DNA of 64,000 nt from an uncultured Eubacteriales bacterium. GTDB lineage: Bacteria > Acidobacteriota > Aminicenantia > Aminicenantales > Saccharicenantaceae. The stretch's first letter is position 1. The number at the start of each line of letters is the position of its first letter. The notes beneath the pieces were generated by a model that was not told where the DNA came from, did no database searches, and saw only the letters and a list, made by a program, of their open reading frames with translations. The DNA lies in assembly GCA_964585685.1 (NCBI GenBank), contig CAZPEP010000044.1, positions 5,458 through 69,457 of the forward strand, in the 5' to 3' direction. Of the stretch, positions 19,901 through 28,956 are shown piece by piece. A program made the translations under genes and the position numbers.

Positions 19901-20107
19901 TCACGGCTTCGGGGCCGCCACGTCCACGACCCGGCCGTCCTCGAGACGGCATCGGAAGAGATCCGTGACCTCGCCCGTCTTCGGGTCGAGCGTCCGTTTT
20001 CTTGAAAGAACATCCCGGACTTCCAGCCGGCGGCCTTCGATGACGGTGAAGCGCGGGGTCTCGGCAGCCTTGTGGCCGGCGTAGAATTCGCCGGAAACGG
20101 TCTTCAT
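19901..20107 (-). CDS. Small hypothetical protein (68 aa)
   Basis: Has its own extended -10 promoter (TGaTATAAT, minus strand at 20138..20146) and a G-rich RBS. Non-shadow composition. Confidence 0.4.
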   Translation of the reverse strand: MKTVSGEFYAGHKAAETPRFTVIEGRRLEVRDVLSRKRTLDPKTGEVTDLFRCRLEDGRVVDVAAPKP

Positions 20108-20137
20108 GTGCGCTCCCCCGAGGTTATCGAAGATGTC

Positions 20138-20177
20138 ATTATATCATGTTGTCAAAGCCCCGCCGGGCCGATATAAT
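20138..20177. promoter_or_regulatory. Bidirectional promoter: TTGTCA-17-TATAAT on + (20149..20177) for the 20231 gene; extended -10 TGaTATAAT on - (20138..20146) for the 68-aa ORF
   Basis: Near-perfect sigma-70 consensus hexamers with exact 17-nt spacing, read directly. AGGAGGGA RBS precedes ATG 20231. Confidence 0.6.
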
Positions 20178-20230
20178 TCCAGTCCAGCGTCGGCGGAATC
20201 CCGTCCGACGAACCGAACCAGGAGGGAACG

Positions 20231-21379
20231 ATGAAACTGATCGGGCTCAAAAAAACCGCGGGCTTCGCTCTCGGCATCCTGGCCGTTTCGGCGCTCCTCG
20301 GCGCCCAAGCGCCGGAACGCTTCTTTGACACCGCGTCCGTCAAACACGAGGGCGTGCGGCTCGTCGTCTTCTATCCCTCCGTCGGATCGATCCGGGCCCT
20401 CTCGGCCCTAAGGAAGACGGGGGCCCTGGACGTTCCGGGGCTCGTCGTCGTCGGCGTCCATCACGCCCGGGAAGCGACCGAATATGAGGACGCTCGCGCC
20501 TATGTCCGGGAGAACGGCATCGACTGGTTCCGTTTCCACACCGTCTCGGCGGACATCTCCGAAGACGCTCTCTTCAGGATGAACGCCTGCACTCCCGAGT
20601 ACGAGAGGATCTTCCGGGCCTCCGACGGCATCATCTTCTTCGGCGGCCCCGATATTCCCCCCTCCATCTACAACGAAAAGACGAATCTCCTGACCGTGAT
20701 CGAGGACCCCGTTCGCCATGATTTCGAGATCTCCGCATTATTCCACCTTTTGGGCGGGCTCCAGGATCCGGCATTTAAGGCGCTCCTCGACGACAAGCCC
20801 GGCTTCCCGGTCCTGGGGATCTGTCTGGGCTGTCAGAGCCTGAACGTCGCCACGGGCGGGACCCTCATCCAGGATATCTGGTCCGAGGTCTACAACAAGC
20901 CGGACGTTGAGGATGTCCTCGCCCTCGACCCCGAGCTTTGGCACAACAATCCCTATAACCGGATTTATCCCCAGGAAAATCTGATGCCCCAAAACTTCCA
21001 CGGGATCCGGCTTGAAGAGCACGGGATCTTCTGTTCGGAAATGGGCTTCGGAACGGCCGACCATCCGCGCGTCCTCAGCTCCCACCACCAGGCGTTGGAA
21101 AAATTGGGCAAAGAGCTCAAGGTCATCGCCACTTCCATGGATGGGAAGATCGTTGAGGCCGTCGCGCATGAGAAATACCCCAACGTCCTCGGCATCCAAT
21201 TCCACCCGGAGAACCGGATGCTCTGGGAGAGCGATCCCGTCCACCGCCAGGCCCCCGGCGAAGCGCCTTTCAGCTTCAAGGGGCTCCTCGAGGAGACACC
21301 GCCGAGCACCGAATTCAACAGGGATATCTGGCGGTGGCTCGGCCAAAAGCTGATCAAGGCGTCCAGGCCGCGGGCTTAG
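20231..21379 (+). CDS. Secreted class-I glutamine amidotransferase-like hydrolase (peptidase C26 / gamma-glutamyl hydrolase-like)
   Basis: Signal peptide. Catalytic Cys motif GICLGCQ. Histidine region with IQFHPE. Confidence 0.7.
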   Translation: MKLIGLKKTAGFALGILAVSALLGAQAPERFFDTASVKHEGVRLVVFYPSVGSIRALSALRKTGALDVPGLVVVGVHHAREATEYEDARAYVRENGIDWFRFHTVSADISEDALFRMNACTPEYERIFRASDGIIFFGGPDIPPSIYNEKTNLLTVIEDPVRHDFEISALFHLLGGLQDPAFKALLDDKPGFPVLGICLGCQSLNVATGGTLIQDIWSEVYNKPDVEDVLALDPELWHNNPYNRIYPQENLMPQNFHGIRLEEHGIFCSEMGFGTADHPRVLSSHHQALEKLGKELKVIATSMDGKIVEAVAHEKYPNVLGIQFHPENRMLWESDPVHRQAPGEAPFSFKGLLEETPPSTEFNRDIWRWLGQKLIKASRPRA

Positions 21380-21468
21380 GGAACCGGATCGAGACCTCCG
21401 CGCCCCGCGCCTTGACAATACACTATTATTATTATAGGATATAGGAAGATTTAACGAAAGGAGCTCTC

Positions 21469-21543
21469 ATGAAGCGTTTCCTGATTCCGAGAGTATCGCA
21501 CTGTAAAAGCGGCTGCTTGCCGCCCTCCCGAGCAAGAGGCTAA
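21469..21543 (+). CDS. Possible 24-aa upstream ORF / leader peptide (MKRFLIPRVSHCKSGCLPPSRARG)
   Basis: Strong RBS (aaaggag) 7 nt before ATG. Sits 108 nt upstream of the parvulin lipoprotein gene. Shares the MKRF start with the downstream paralog 24203. Confidence 0.25.
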   Translation: MKRFLIPRVSHCKSGCLPPSRARG

Positions 21544-21651
21544 AAGGCTCGCCCGAGAGAGGGCCTGATCCAACCGACGCCTCGGTTGCAAACAGATCCT
21601 CAATATGGTTAACTCTCTTTCCGCCTCTAATGGGCTTAAAAGGAGATCAAG

Positions 21652-22665
21652 ATGAAGAGGATACCGGTTTTATTGCTTGTTTTCGCATTCCTTTTCCCGA
21701 GCTGTAACCGTAAGGCCGAAAAAATGGTGCTCAAGGATGGCACCCCGGCCTTCAAGCTTGCCAGGGACCTGGCGGTCAAGATCCCCATGCTTGATCCCGT
21801 GGAGAATAATGTCCTCATCCGGACCCGGAAGTTTGACATAACGACCGGCGAGACCATACAGGTCCTCCTGGGGAACTTCGGGAATCAAACCGAACAGCTC
21901 AAGGAGTTCGACTCTATTCAACTGAGGGAGTCCATCGAGACCGCCGCCGTCGAGCTCGCCGAGAAAAAACTCCTGCTCCAAGAAGCCGAGAGGGCCAAGG
22001 TGTTCGTCGACCCCGCTGTCCTGGACGAGGTCATTAAGGCTGAACACGAGCGGCTCGGCGGCAAAGAGAAGTTCCTGGAGTCTCTAAAGACGATCGAAGT
22101 CGATGCCGAAACCATCATGAAGAGCCTTGCGGAACAGGTCCGGATAGATGCCTTCTTGGAGAAGACGCTGAACAAGAACGTTACCGTCACGGCTGAAGAA
22201 GTGGCCAGGACCTACGGAGAGGACCTGACGGCTTCCGTCCGCCACATCCTCCTTCTGACACAGGGAAAGACAGGGCCGGAAAAGACTAAAATCCGGAAGC
22301 GGATGGCGGGGATCCTGGCCAGGGCCCGATCCGGGGAGGACTTCGCTGAGCTGGCGAAACAGTACTCCGAAGAGCCGGGCAGCAAGGAGAGCGGGGGCAT
22401 GTATGCGGTCCTCCGCGGGATTACGGACAAGGCCTTTGAGGATGCCGCCTTCTCCGTTCCGATCGGCCAGATTAGCGACATCGTGGAAACGACCTATGGG
22501 TATCACATCCTCCAGATCATCAGCCGGGAGAAAGAGACCCGACCGTTTGACGAGGTCAAGGGCGAGATCGAAAAGCGTATCGCCGGGAGAAAGCGAAAAG
22601 TGATCTTGGACACCTTCCTGACAAAAATAAGGGACAAAGCAGGATTCAAGACCGTGGGCTTCTGA
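21652..22665 (+). CDS. Parvulin-type PPIase lipoprotein (PrsA-like), paralog 1
   Basis: Lipobox LFPSC. Parvulin domain (SVRHILLL ... YGYHILQI). About 60% identical to the 24203..25222 product. Lower GC than paralog 2. Confidence 0.75.
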   Translation: MKRIPVLLLVFAFLFPSCNRKAEKMVLKDGTPAFKLARDLAVKIPMLDPVENNVLIRTRKFDITTGETIQVLLGNFGNQTEQLKEFDSIQLRESIETAAVELAEKKLLLQEAERAKVFVDPAVLDEVIKAEHERLGGKEKFLESLKTIEVDAETIMKSLAEQVRIDAFLEKTLNKNVTVTAEEVARTYGEDLTASVRHILLLTQGKTGPEKTKIRKRMAGILARARSGEDFAELAKQYSEEPGSKESGGMYAVLRGITDKAFEDAAFSVPIGQISDIVETTYGYHILQIISREKETRPFDEVKGEIEKRIAGRKRKVILDTFLTKIRDKAGFKTVGF

Positions 22666-22712
22666 TCCCGCACGTCCGTTCTCCATCCCGGGAAGATGAC
22701 TTCCGGACTTGA

Positions 22713-22740
22713 ACGTCCCGGCGGACGTTTATGTTTCTCT
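22713..22740 (+). terminator. Putative intrinsic terminator after PPIase paralog 1
   Basis: Stem ACGTCC (22713..22718), loop CGGC, stem GGACGT (22723..22728), followed by T-rich TTATGTTTCTCT. Confidence 0.4.
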
Positions 22741-22944
22741 GTCCCGCGGATTCGAATTGACAGCCGCGGGGCCGACCTCTACAATGACACCGTGACCACC
22801 GCTAGGTTCCGCCGCCCCCCGACATCCGAAGGCATCCACGCGCACCTCGTCGGCTACGTCAACCTCTTCAGCGGGCTGTAATCCCAATTCGGCCCATCCC
22901 CGTCCCACCAGCGGCTCACCCCCATATTCGCTGAAGGAGGCATC

Positions 22945-24087
22945 ATGAAAAAGATCGTCGTGTTAGGCTCGGGCCTGGTCGGCGGCCCGATAGCCCTCGA
23001 CCTCGCCAAGGATAAGGATTTCAAGGTCACTGTCGTCGATATCGATGCCCAAGCTCTGGCTCGGGTCAAGAAGACCAGGGGCGTCACCGCCATCCAGGAA
23101 GATCTTTCGGACGCGAAGATCGTCCGAAGGATCGTCCAGAAGCACGACATGGTCGTCAGCGCCGTACCCGGCTTCATGGGCTTCAAAACCCTCCAGACCG
23201 TTCTCGAAGCCGGCAGGACCGTGGTCGACATCGCGTTCTTCCCCGAGGACGCGTTCGAACTGGACGCCCTCGCCCGGAAGAACGACGTCACCGCCGTCGT
23301 GGACTGCGGCGTCGCCCCCGGCATGAGCAACATCCTCGCCGCCCACGCCTGCCAGAAGCTCGACGAGCCCGCAAGCATCACGATCTACGTCGGCGGCCTG
23401 CCCGAGGTCCGGGAGTGGCCCTATGAATACAAGGCTGTCTTCTCCCCGGCCGACGTCATCGAAGAATACGTCCGGCCGGCCCGCTACATAGAGAACGGGC
23501 AGATGGTGATCCGCCCCGCCCTGTCCGACCCCGAGCTCATGAACTTCCCGGTCGTCGGGACCCTCGAGGCCTTCAACACGGACGGCCTGCGCACCCTGGC
23601 CAGGACCCTTGACGTCCCCAACATGAAGGAGAAGACCCTCCGCTACCCCGGCCACATCGAGAAGATGGCCGTCCTGAGGGAGACGGGCTTCTTCGAAACC
23701 CGGGAGATCGAGATCAATGGAGCCCGCATCCGCCCGGTCGATTTCACGGCGAAGCTCCTCTTCCCGAAATGGAAGCTTCATGAAGGCGAGGTTGACCTCA
23801 CCGTCATGAGGGTCCTCGTCGAAGGCCGGAAGAAGGGCCGGTCCGTCAGCATGACCTACGACCTCTTCGACCGCTATGACGAAGCGACCGGCGTCCATTC
23901 CATGGCCCGGACGACCGGCTACACGGCCACTGTGGCGGCCCGCATGATCGCCCGCGGCCTGTTCGTCCGCAAGGGCGTCTCGGCCCCCGAATCCATCGGC
24001 CAGGTCCCCGAATGCGTGAAGTTCATGCTGGACGGGCTGAAGGAGCGCGGCATCGTCTATCACGAAACCGTCGTGACGTGCAAATGA
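22945..24087 (+). CDS. Saccharopine dehydrogenase NADP-binding family oxidoreductase
   Basis: Rossmann motif VVLGSGLVGG. Family-typical core (VVDCGVAPGMSN, YPGH). Confidence 0.8.
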   Translation: MKKIVVLGSGLVGGPIALDLAKDKDFKVTVVDIDAQALARVKKTRGVTAIQEDLSDAKIVRRIVQKHDMVVSAVPGFMGFKTLQTVLEAGRTVVDIAFFPEDAFELDALARKNDVTAVVDCGVAPGMSNILAAHACQKLDEPASITIYVGGLPEVREWPYEYKAVFSPADVIEEYVRPARYIENGQMVIRPALSDPELMNFPVVGTLEAFNTDGLRTLARTLDVPNMKEKTLRYPGHIEKMAVLRETGFFETREIEINGARIRPVDFTAKLLFPKWKLHEGEVDLTVMRVLVEGRKKGRSVSMTYDLFDRYDEATGVHSMARTTGYTATVAARMIARGLFVRKGVSAPESIGQVPECVKFMLDGLKERGIVYHETVVTCK

Positions 24088-24202
24088 CGTGTAAATAAGG
24101 AGCGAGATAGGCGAGACGAGTCGTCGGGCGGGACGGGGCATTTGAATATGGACACGCGATGTGGTTTAATATCTATCCGATTCCAGCGGCTTCAAGGAGA
24201 CA

Positions 24203-25222
24203 ATGATGAAGAGATTCGCGGCATTATCGCTCGCCTTGGCGTTCCTCCTCCCGGGTTGCGCTCGGAAGGCCGAGAACGTCGGGCTCAAGGAAGGAACGCC
24301 GGCTTTCCAGCTGGCCAAGGACCTTTCAGCCAAGGTCCCCTCGCTCGACCCGGCAGCCAACAACGTCCTCGTCAGGACTAAAAGGTTCAACGTCACCACC
24401 GGGGATGTCCTCCTGGCTCTCCGGGACAACGCGGGAACCCAGACCGCCCGGCTCAAGGACCTCGAAATCGCCCAGCTGAAATCGGTCATCGAGCGCACCG
24501 CCATTCAGTTCGCAGAGAAGGAGCTCCTGCTCAACGAGGCCATAAAGGCCAAGACCGCCGCTCCAGCCGGGTATCTGGAGAACACCCTCAAAGCCGAGTA
24601 TGAACAGGCCGGCGGGGAACAAAAGTTTCTCGACAACCTGAAGGCGAACGAGCTCGACATCGAACATATCAAGAAGAGCTTCGGTGAGCAGATCCTTATC
24701 AACGCCTTCCTTGAATCCAAGCTGTCCAAGGAAATCGCCGTCGCTCCCGAGGACGTCGCCAAGGCCTACGCGGAGGATAGGACAGCCTCCGTCCGGCACA
24801 TCCTCCTGCTGACGCAGGGGAAGACGGACACCGAGAAGACCGAGGCCCGCAAGAAGATCGAGGAGATCCTCGCCAAGGCCAAGGCCGGCGAGGATTTCGC
24901 CGCCTTGGCCAAGCAGTACTCCGAGGACCCGGGGTCCAAGGAAAACGGCGGCCTGTACGAGAATTTCGGCCGCGGGGCCATGGTCAAGCCGTTTGAGGAC
25001 GCCGCCTTCTCAGTTCCCGTCGGGGAGCTCAGCGGAATCGTGGAAACGACTTACGGCTACCACCTCCTGAAGATCGTCGACCGCAAGAAGGAGACCCGCG
25101 CGCTGGACGAGGCCAAGGGCGAGATCGAAGCGCAGCTCAAGCAGGGGAAACAGCAGGGGGCTTACACGTCCTTTATGACGAAGCTAAAGGAGAAAGCCGG
25201 CTTCAAGACCGTGGGCTTCTGA
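24203..25222 (+). CDS. Parvulin-type PPIase lipoprotein (PrsA-like), paralog 2
   Basis: Lipobox LLPGC. Parvulin domain. Same C-terminus (KAGFKTVGF) and conserved 3' flank as paralog 1. Confidence 0.75.
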   Translation: MMKRFAALSLALAFLLPGCARKAENVGLKEGTPAFQLAKDLSAKVPSLDPAANNVLVRTKRFNVTTGDVLLALRDNAGTQTARLKDLEIAQLKSVIERTAIQFAEKELLLNEAIKAKTAAPAGYLENTLKAEYEQAGGEQKFLDNLKANELDIEHIKKSFGEQILINAFLESKLSKEIAVAPEDVAKAYAEDRTASVRHILLLTQGKTDTEKTEARKKIEEILAKAKAGEDFAALAKQYSEDPGSKENGGLYENFGRGAMVKPFEDAAFSVPVGELSGIVETTYGYHLLKIVDRKKETRALDEAKGEIEAQLKQGKQQGAYTSFMTKLKEKAGFKTVGF

Positions 25223-25301
25223 TCCCGGACGTTCGTTCGTTTTCCGGCGTGAAAAATCTCCCGGCCTTGAACGGGTCCGGCGATAGGACTATCATCGGCC
25301 C

Positions 25302-26078
25302 ATGGATCTGCTGACGATTGCCTTGCTGGCCCTGATCCAAGGGATCACCGAGTTTCTGCCGGTGTCCTCGTCCGGCCACTTGGTCATCGCCCAGCATTTT
25401 CTTTCCTGGAATCGGGACAACGTCCTTCTCGACGCGACGCTCCATCTCGGGACGGCGGCCGCCATCGTCTGGGTGTTCCGGAACGACATCCGGACGCTCG
25501 TCGCGGGCCTCTTCTCGCGGGACGCAGCGAAGAAGCGGGACTCTTTCCGCACCTCGGCGTTCCTGGCCCTCGGGACGATCCCGGCCGCGGCGGCGGGACT
25601 GGCCTTCAAGGGTTTCTTCGAACGGATGTTCCTCGACCCCCGGACGACGGGAGCCCTGTTCTTCGTTACGGCGGCCTTCCTCTTCGCCTCCGCCCTGCGA
25701 AAAAGGCTGTCCGCCCCGCTCAATGCCCGGAAAGCGGCCGCGATCGGATTCGCCCAAGCCCTGGCCATCTTGCCCGGCGTGTCCCGTTCTGGTACGACGA
25801 TCAGCACCGCGCTCCTGCTCGGAACGGAAAGAAAGGAAGCCGGGCGCTTCTCCTTTCTCCTGGGGCTGCCGGTCATCTTCGGGGCCGCCCTCCTGGAGCT
25901 GCGGGGGGTGTCCGCAACGTCCCTGCCCCCCGGGTTGTTCCTCGCAGCGTTCGCCATCAGCCTCGCCGTCGGCGTCATCGCCCTGAAGCTGCTGCTTGGT
26001 TTCATCGACCGCGGCAAGCTCCATTATTTCGGATATTATCTGGTCGCGCTAGGGGTCGCCTGCCTCGTTTTCTTATGA
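25302..26078 (+). CDS. uppP: Undecaprenyl-diphosphatase
   Basis: BacA/UppP signature N-terminus (QGITEFLPVSSSGHL). 8-TM architecture. PGVSRSG motif. Confidence 0.9.
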   Translation: MDLLTIALLALIQGITEFLPVSSSGHLVIAQHFLSWNRDNVLLDATLHLGTAAAIVWVFRNDIRTLVAGLFSRDAAKKRDSFRTSAFLALGTIPAAAAGLAFKGFFERMFLDPRTTGALFFVTAAFLFASALRKRLSAPLNARKAAAIGFAQALAILPGVSRSGTTISTALLLGTERKEAGRFSFLLGLPVIFGAALLELRGVSATSLPPGLFLAAFAISLAVGVIALKLLLGFIDRGKLHYFGYYLVALGVACLVFL

Positions 26079-26102
26079 ACGGCCCCGGGGCGATGGCATG
26101 AC

Positions 26103-27155
26103 ATGAAAAGGCTATTCGGCATTCTCGCCGCCGTGATCGTCGCCACGCCCCTCGCGGCCGGAACGACCCGACCCGTCCGCGACGACGTCGGCTTCTGTTG
26201 GAACCCTGCCGGCATGGCCCGGCTCGTAGTATACCTGGACTCCCGGGACAAGGACGGCTTTCCCGGCGAGGGGCTGGTCGCGGCCATCGCGCCCCACGAC
26301 GATTACCTCTACGCGGGACGTATCTATCATCCGCTCTTCAAGACCCTCCGGGCGAAGGAAGTCGTCATCTTCGGCGTCACGCACGGCGCGGTCCGTAAGG
26401 AGATCGGCGACCCCCACGGCGTCCTCATTCTCGAAGGATACGACGCGTTTCCGGGGCTGACGAAACCGATCGGGATCTCAGGGCTCCGGGAGCGCATCAA
26501 GGCCCGTCTGGACAAGGACATGTTTTTGGTCAGCGACAGGGCCCACGAGCTCGAGCACTCCATCGAAGCGCTCCTGCCCTTCCTCCAGTACTACAACCCG
26601 GACGTGAAGATCACACCCATTATGGTCGCGCCCATGCCGTACGACAGGATGGACACGGTCGCGACAAAGCTGGCCGCCGTCATCGCGGGGTACATCAAGG
26701 AAAAGGGTCTGGTCCCCGGAAAGGACATCGCCTTCCTCATCTCCTCGGACGGCAACCATTATGGGAAGGATTTCGATAACTCCCCGTTCGGCGAGGGGGC
26801 CGAGGCCTGGGAAAAGGCGACTGCCCTCGACCGTCATCTCATCGCAAGCTACCTCACAGGTCCGATGGATGCGGCCAAGATCGAGGGGCTAACGAAAGAG
26901 CTCTGGGGCGAGACCTATATCGATTACAGGAACACCTACTGGTGCGGCAAATATTCCGTCCCCTTCGGGCTCCTCGCCGCGGAGAAGATCGTCGCCCTGG
27001 CAGCGAACAAGAAGCTCTCGGGAACGCTTTTCCGTTATTCGGACACCTACAGCGAGGGCGCCATCCCGCTCACCAAGACGGGAATGGGTACGACCGCTCC
27101 CTTCTCCCTGCGCCACTGGGTCAGTTTCTGTTCGATCGGCTATGGCGTCGAATAG
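26103..27155 (+). CDS. MEMO1-family protein (AmmeMemoRadiSam system protein B homolog) with N-terminal signal peptide
   Basis: IAPHDDY and HSIE metal-site motifs of the Memo/extradiol-dioxygenase-like fold. Hydrophobic N-terminal signal. Confidence 0.7.
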   Translation: MKRLFGILAAVIVATPLAAGTTRPVRDDVGFCWNPAGMARLVVYLDSRDKDGFPGEGLVAAIAPHDDYLYAGRIYHPLFKTLRAKEVVIFGVTHGAVRKEIGDPHGVLILEGYDAFPGLTKPIGISGLRERIKARLDKDMFLVSDRAHELEHSIEALLPFLQYYNPDVKITPIMVAPMPYDRMDTVATKLAAVIAGYIKEKGLVPGKDIAFLISSDGNHYGKDFDNSPFGEGAEAWEKATALDRHLIASYLTGPMDAAKIEGLTKELWGETYIDYRNTYWCGKYSVPFGLLAAEKIVALAANKKLSGTLFRYSDTYSEGAIPLTKTGMGTTAPFSLRHWVSFCSIGYGVE

Positions 27156-27190
27156 AGCCCCGGGAGGACGGCGGCGAGACAGGCCAGCCC

Positions 27191-27679
27191 TCAACGCCGA
27201 GACGCGGCGGCCTTGATCCTGTCGATGAGGCTCGAGCTGGAGTGCCCGTCGAGATAGGGTACGATGACGACCCTACCGCCGGCGGCCTCGACCTCGGCCC
27301 GGCCCACCACCCGGTCGGGGCCCCAATCTCCGCCCTTGACCAGGACGTCGGGCAGGAGCTCGGCGACGATCTTCCGGGGCGTCGGCTCCACGAACCATGT
27401 CACGTAGTCAACGTCCGCGAAGGCGGACAGGACCTCGAGCCTCTCGCGGAGCGGAAAAACGGGGCGCGCCCGCCCCTTGAGCCTTCGGATCGAGGCGTCC
27501 GTATTCAGGGCAACGATGAGGACGTCCCCTTTCTCCCGGGCTTTGCGAAAGAGTCGGACATGCCCGGCATGCATGAGGTCGAAACAACCGTTCGTGAAGA
27601 CAACCGTCTTCCCCTTCCTCTTGAGCGCCAACCGGATGGGGAGGAGCTCGCGACGGCTCTTGATCTTGGGGTTTCTCAC
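27191..27679 (-). CDS. hldC: D-glycero-beta-D-manno-heptose 1-phosphate adenylyltransferase (RfaE domain II, cytidylyltransferase fold)
   Basis: VVFTNGCFDLMHAGHV nucleotidyltransferase motif. About 163 aa. GTG start overlaps the wzt stop as GTGA. The ORF-track ORF 27191..28132 is over-extended into wzt. Confidence 0.8.
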   Translation of the reverse strand: MRNPKIKSRRELLPIRLALKRKGKTVVFTNGCFDLMHAGHVRLFRKAREKGDVLIVALNTDASIRRLKGRARPVFPLRERLEVLSAFADVDYVTWFVEPTPRKIVAELLPDVLVKGGDWGPDRVVGRAEVEAAGGRVVIVPYLDGHSSSSLIDRIKAAASRR

Positions 27680-28956
27680 GGCCGCTTCTTGCCCGGGGAC
27701 CCCATCTCGACCGTCGGGCTGAAGGTCCACTCGTGCGGCAGACGGGCGATGCCGACGTCCTTGGTGGGGGAGGAAACCAGGAACGAATAGAGGTTCTGAT
27801 GATAGTCGTAGGGATAGCCGTCCCTCTTGTGAACGGCCACGTCGAGGTAGTACGTCCCGTTGATCAGGTTGAGCTTCCCGATCCGGAACTCGACCCGCCC
27901 CTCGCCGCCGATGCGCACGGGCTCCAGGTCCTCGAGATGCGTGTTGGTCCCGTAGCAGGAGATGCCCTGGGAGTTGAAGATCCCGACCCCGAAGACGAAA
28001 TCCGACGCCGGGGAAGGCGCAGCGACATCCATCTCGATGACCAGGCCCTCGTCCGGAGAAAAGACGTGCTTCGGCTGGCCCTGGAGGTTCCGGAGGGTCA
28101 CCTTGCGGATCTCGATCTCGCGTCCCCCCCATCGGTTCTCGCGCCGCTCGTCACCGCTGCCCTCGGAGGTGGCCGCGCCCTCGATCTTCTTCTCGAAGGC
28201 CTTTTCCTGCTTCACGGTGACGTCCTGGAGGTAGGCGTCAACAATCCTTTTCGGCTCGCCGGCGGCCGCCACGCGGCCGTTCTTGAGCCAGACGACCCGG
28301 TCGCAGATCTTCTCCACGGTGGCCAGATCGTGGCTGACGAAGAGGATGGTCTTCTTCCGGCGGCGGAAGTCGTCGATCCGGTCGAGGCACTTGGGGATGA
28401 AGGAGGCGTCGCCGACGGCCAGGACCTCGTCGATGAGGAGGATCTCCGGATTGACGTTGATGGCCACGGAGAAGCCGAGCCGCATGTACATCCCGGAGCT
28501 ATAGGTCTTGACGGGGGCGTCGATGAAGTCCTCGAGCTCGGCGAACCGGACGATCTCATCGAACTTCTCGTTGATCTCTTTCTTGGTCAGACCCAGCATG
28601 ATGCCGTTGATGAAGACGTTCTCCCGGCCGGTGATCTCGGGGTGGAACCCGGCGCCGAGCTCGATGAGAGCCGAGACCTTGCCCACCGTGGCGACCCGGC
28701 CGGAGCTCGGCTTGGCGATCCCGGCCACGATCTTGAGCATCGTGCTTTTGCCCGAGCCGTTCTCTCCGATGAGCCCGAAGGTCCGGCCCTTTTCGACATT
28801 GAAACTGACGCCGTCAAGGGCGGTCACCAGCTCGTCCCCTTTGATGGATCCGATCAGGTCGCCCTTGACCATTGCGCTCTTGAACGTCTGGAAGCGGTGC
28901 CGGGCGGAATATTTCTGGTAGAAGCGGGAAACGTTGTCGACCTCGATGGCATACAC
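27676..28956 (-). CDS. wzt: O-antigen/polysaccharide ABC exporter ATP-binding protein with C-terminal carbohydrate-binding domain
   Basis: Walker A GENGSGKST, ABC signature and Walker B. About 170-aa C-terminal extension beyond the NBD, as in Wzt. Confidence 0.85.
   Translation of the reverse strand: MYAIEVDNVSRFYQKYSARHRFQTFKSAMVKGDLIGSIKGDELVTALDGVSFNVEKGRTFGLIGENGSGKSTMLKIVAGIAKPSSGRVATVGKVSALIELGAGFHPEITGRENVFINGIMLGLTKKEINEKFDEIVRFAELEDFIDAPVKTYSSGMYMRLGFSVAINVNPEILLIDEVLAVGDASFIPKCLDRIDDFRRRKKTILFVSHDLATVEKICDRVVWLKNGRVAAAGEPKRIVDAYLQDVTVKQEKAFEKKIEGAATSEGSGDERRENRWGGREIEIRKVTLRNLQGQPKHVFSPDEGLVIEMDVAAPSPASDFVFGVGIFNSQGISCYGTNTHLEDLEPVRIGGEGRVEFRIGKLNLINGTYYLDVAVHKRDGYPYDYHQNLYSFLVSSPTKDVGIARLPHEWTFSPTVEMGSPGKKRP

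Noticed and set aside
21480-21651. Structured-looking 5' leader upstream of the PPIase paralog 1 (candidate riboswitch/sRNA)
   Set aside because: Compared by eye with the c-di-GMP-I riboswitch consensus and found no match. Inverted repeats are short. It is better explained as a leader with a possible uORF (reported separately).
22696-22881. 61-aa ORF in the gap after PPIase paralog 1
   Set aside because: It overlaps the predicted terminator hairpin and the duplicated 3' flank. It has no RBS and a low-complexity translation.
27191-28132. 313-aa ORF on the minus strand spanning into wzt
   Set aside because: Only the C-terminal about 163 aa (the RfaE-II nucleotidyltransferase) are real. The N-terminal part is an alternate-frame read-through of wzt, enabled by the permissive GTG/TTG start rule.
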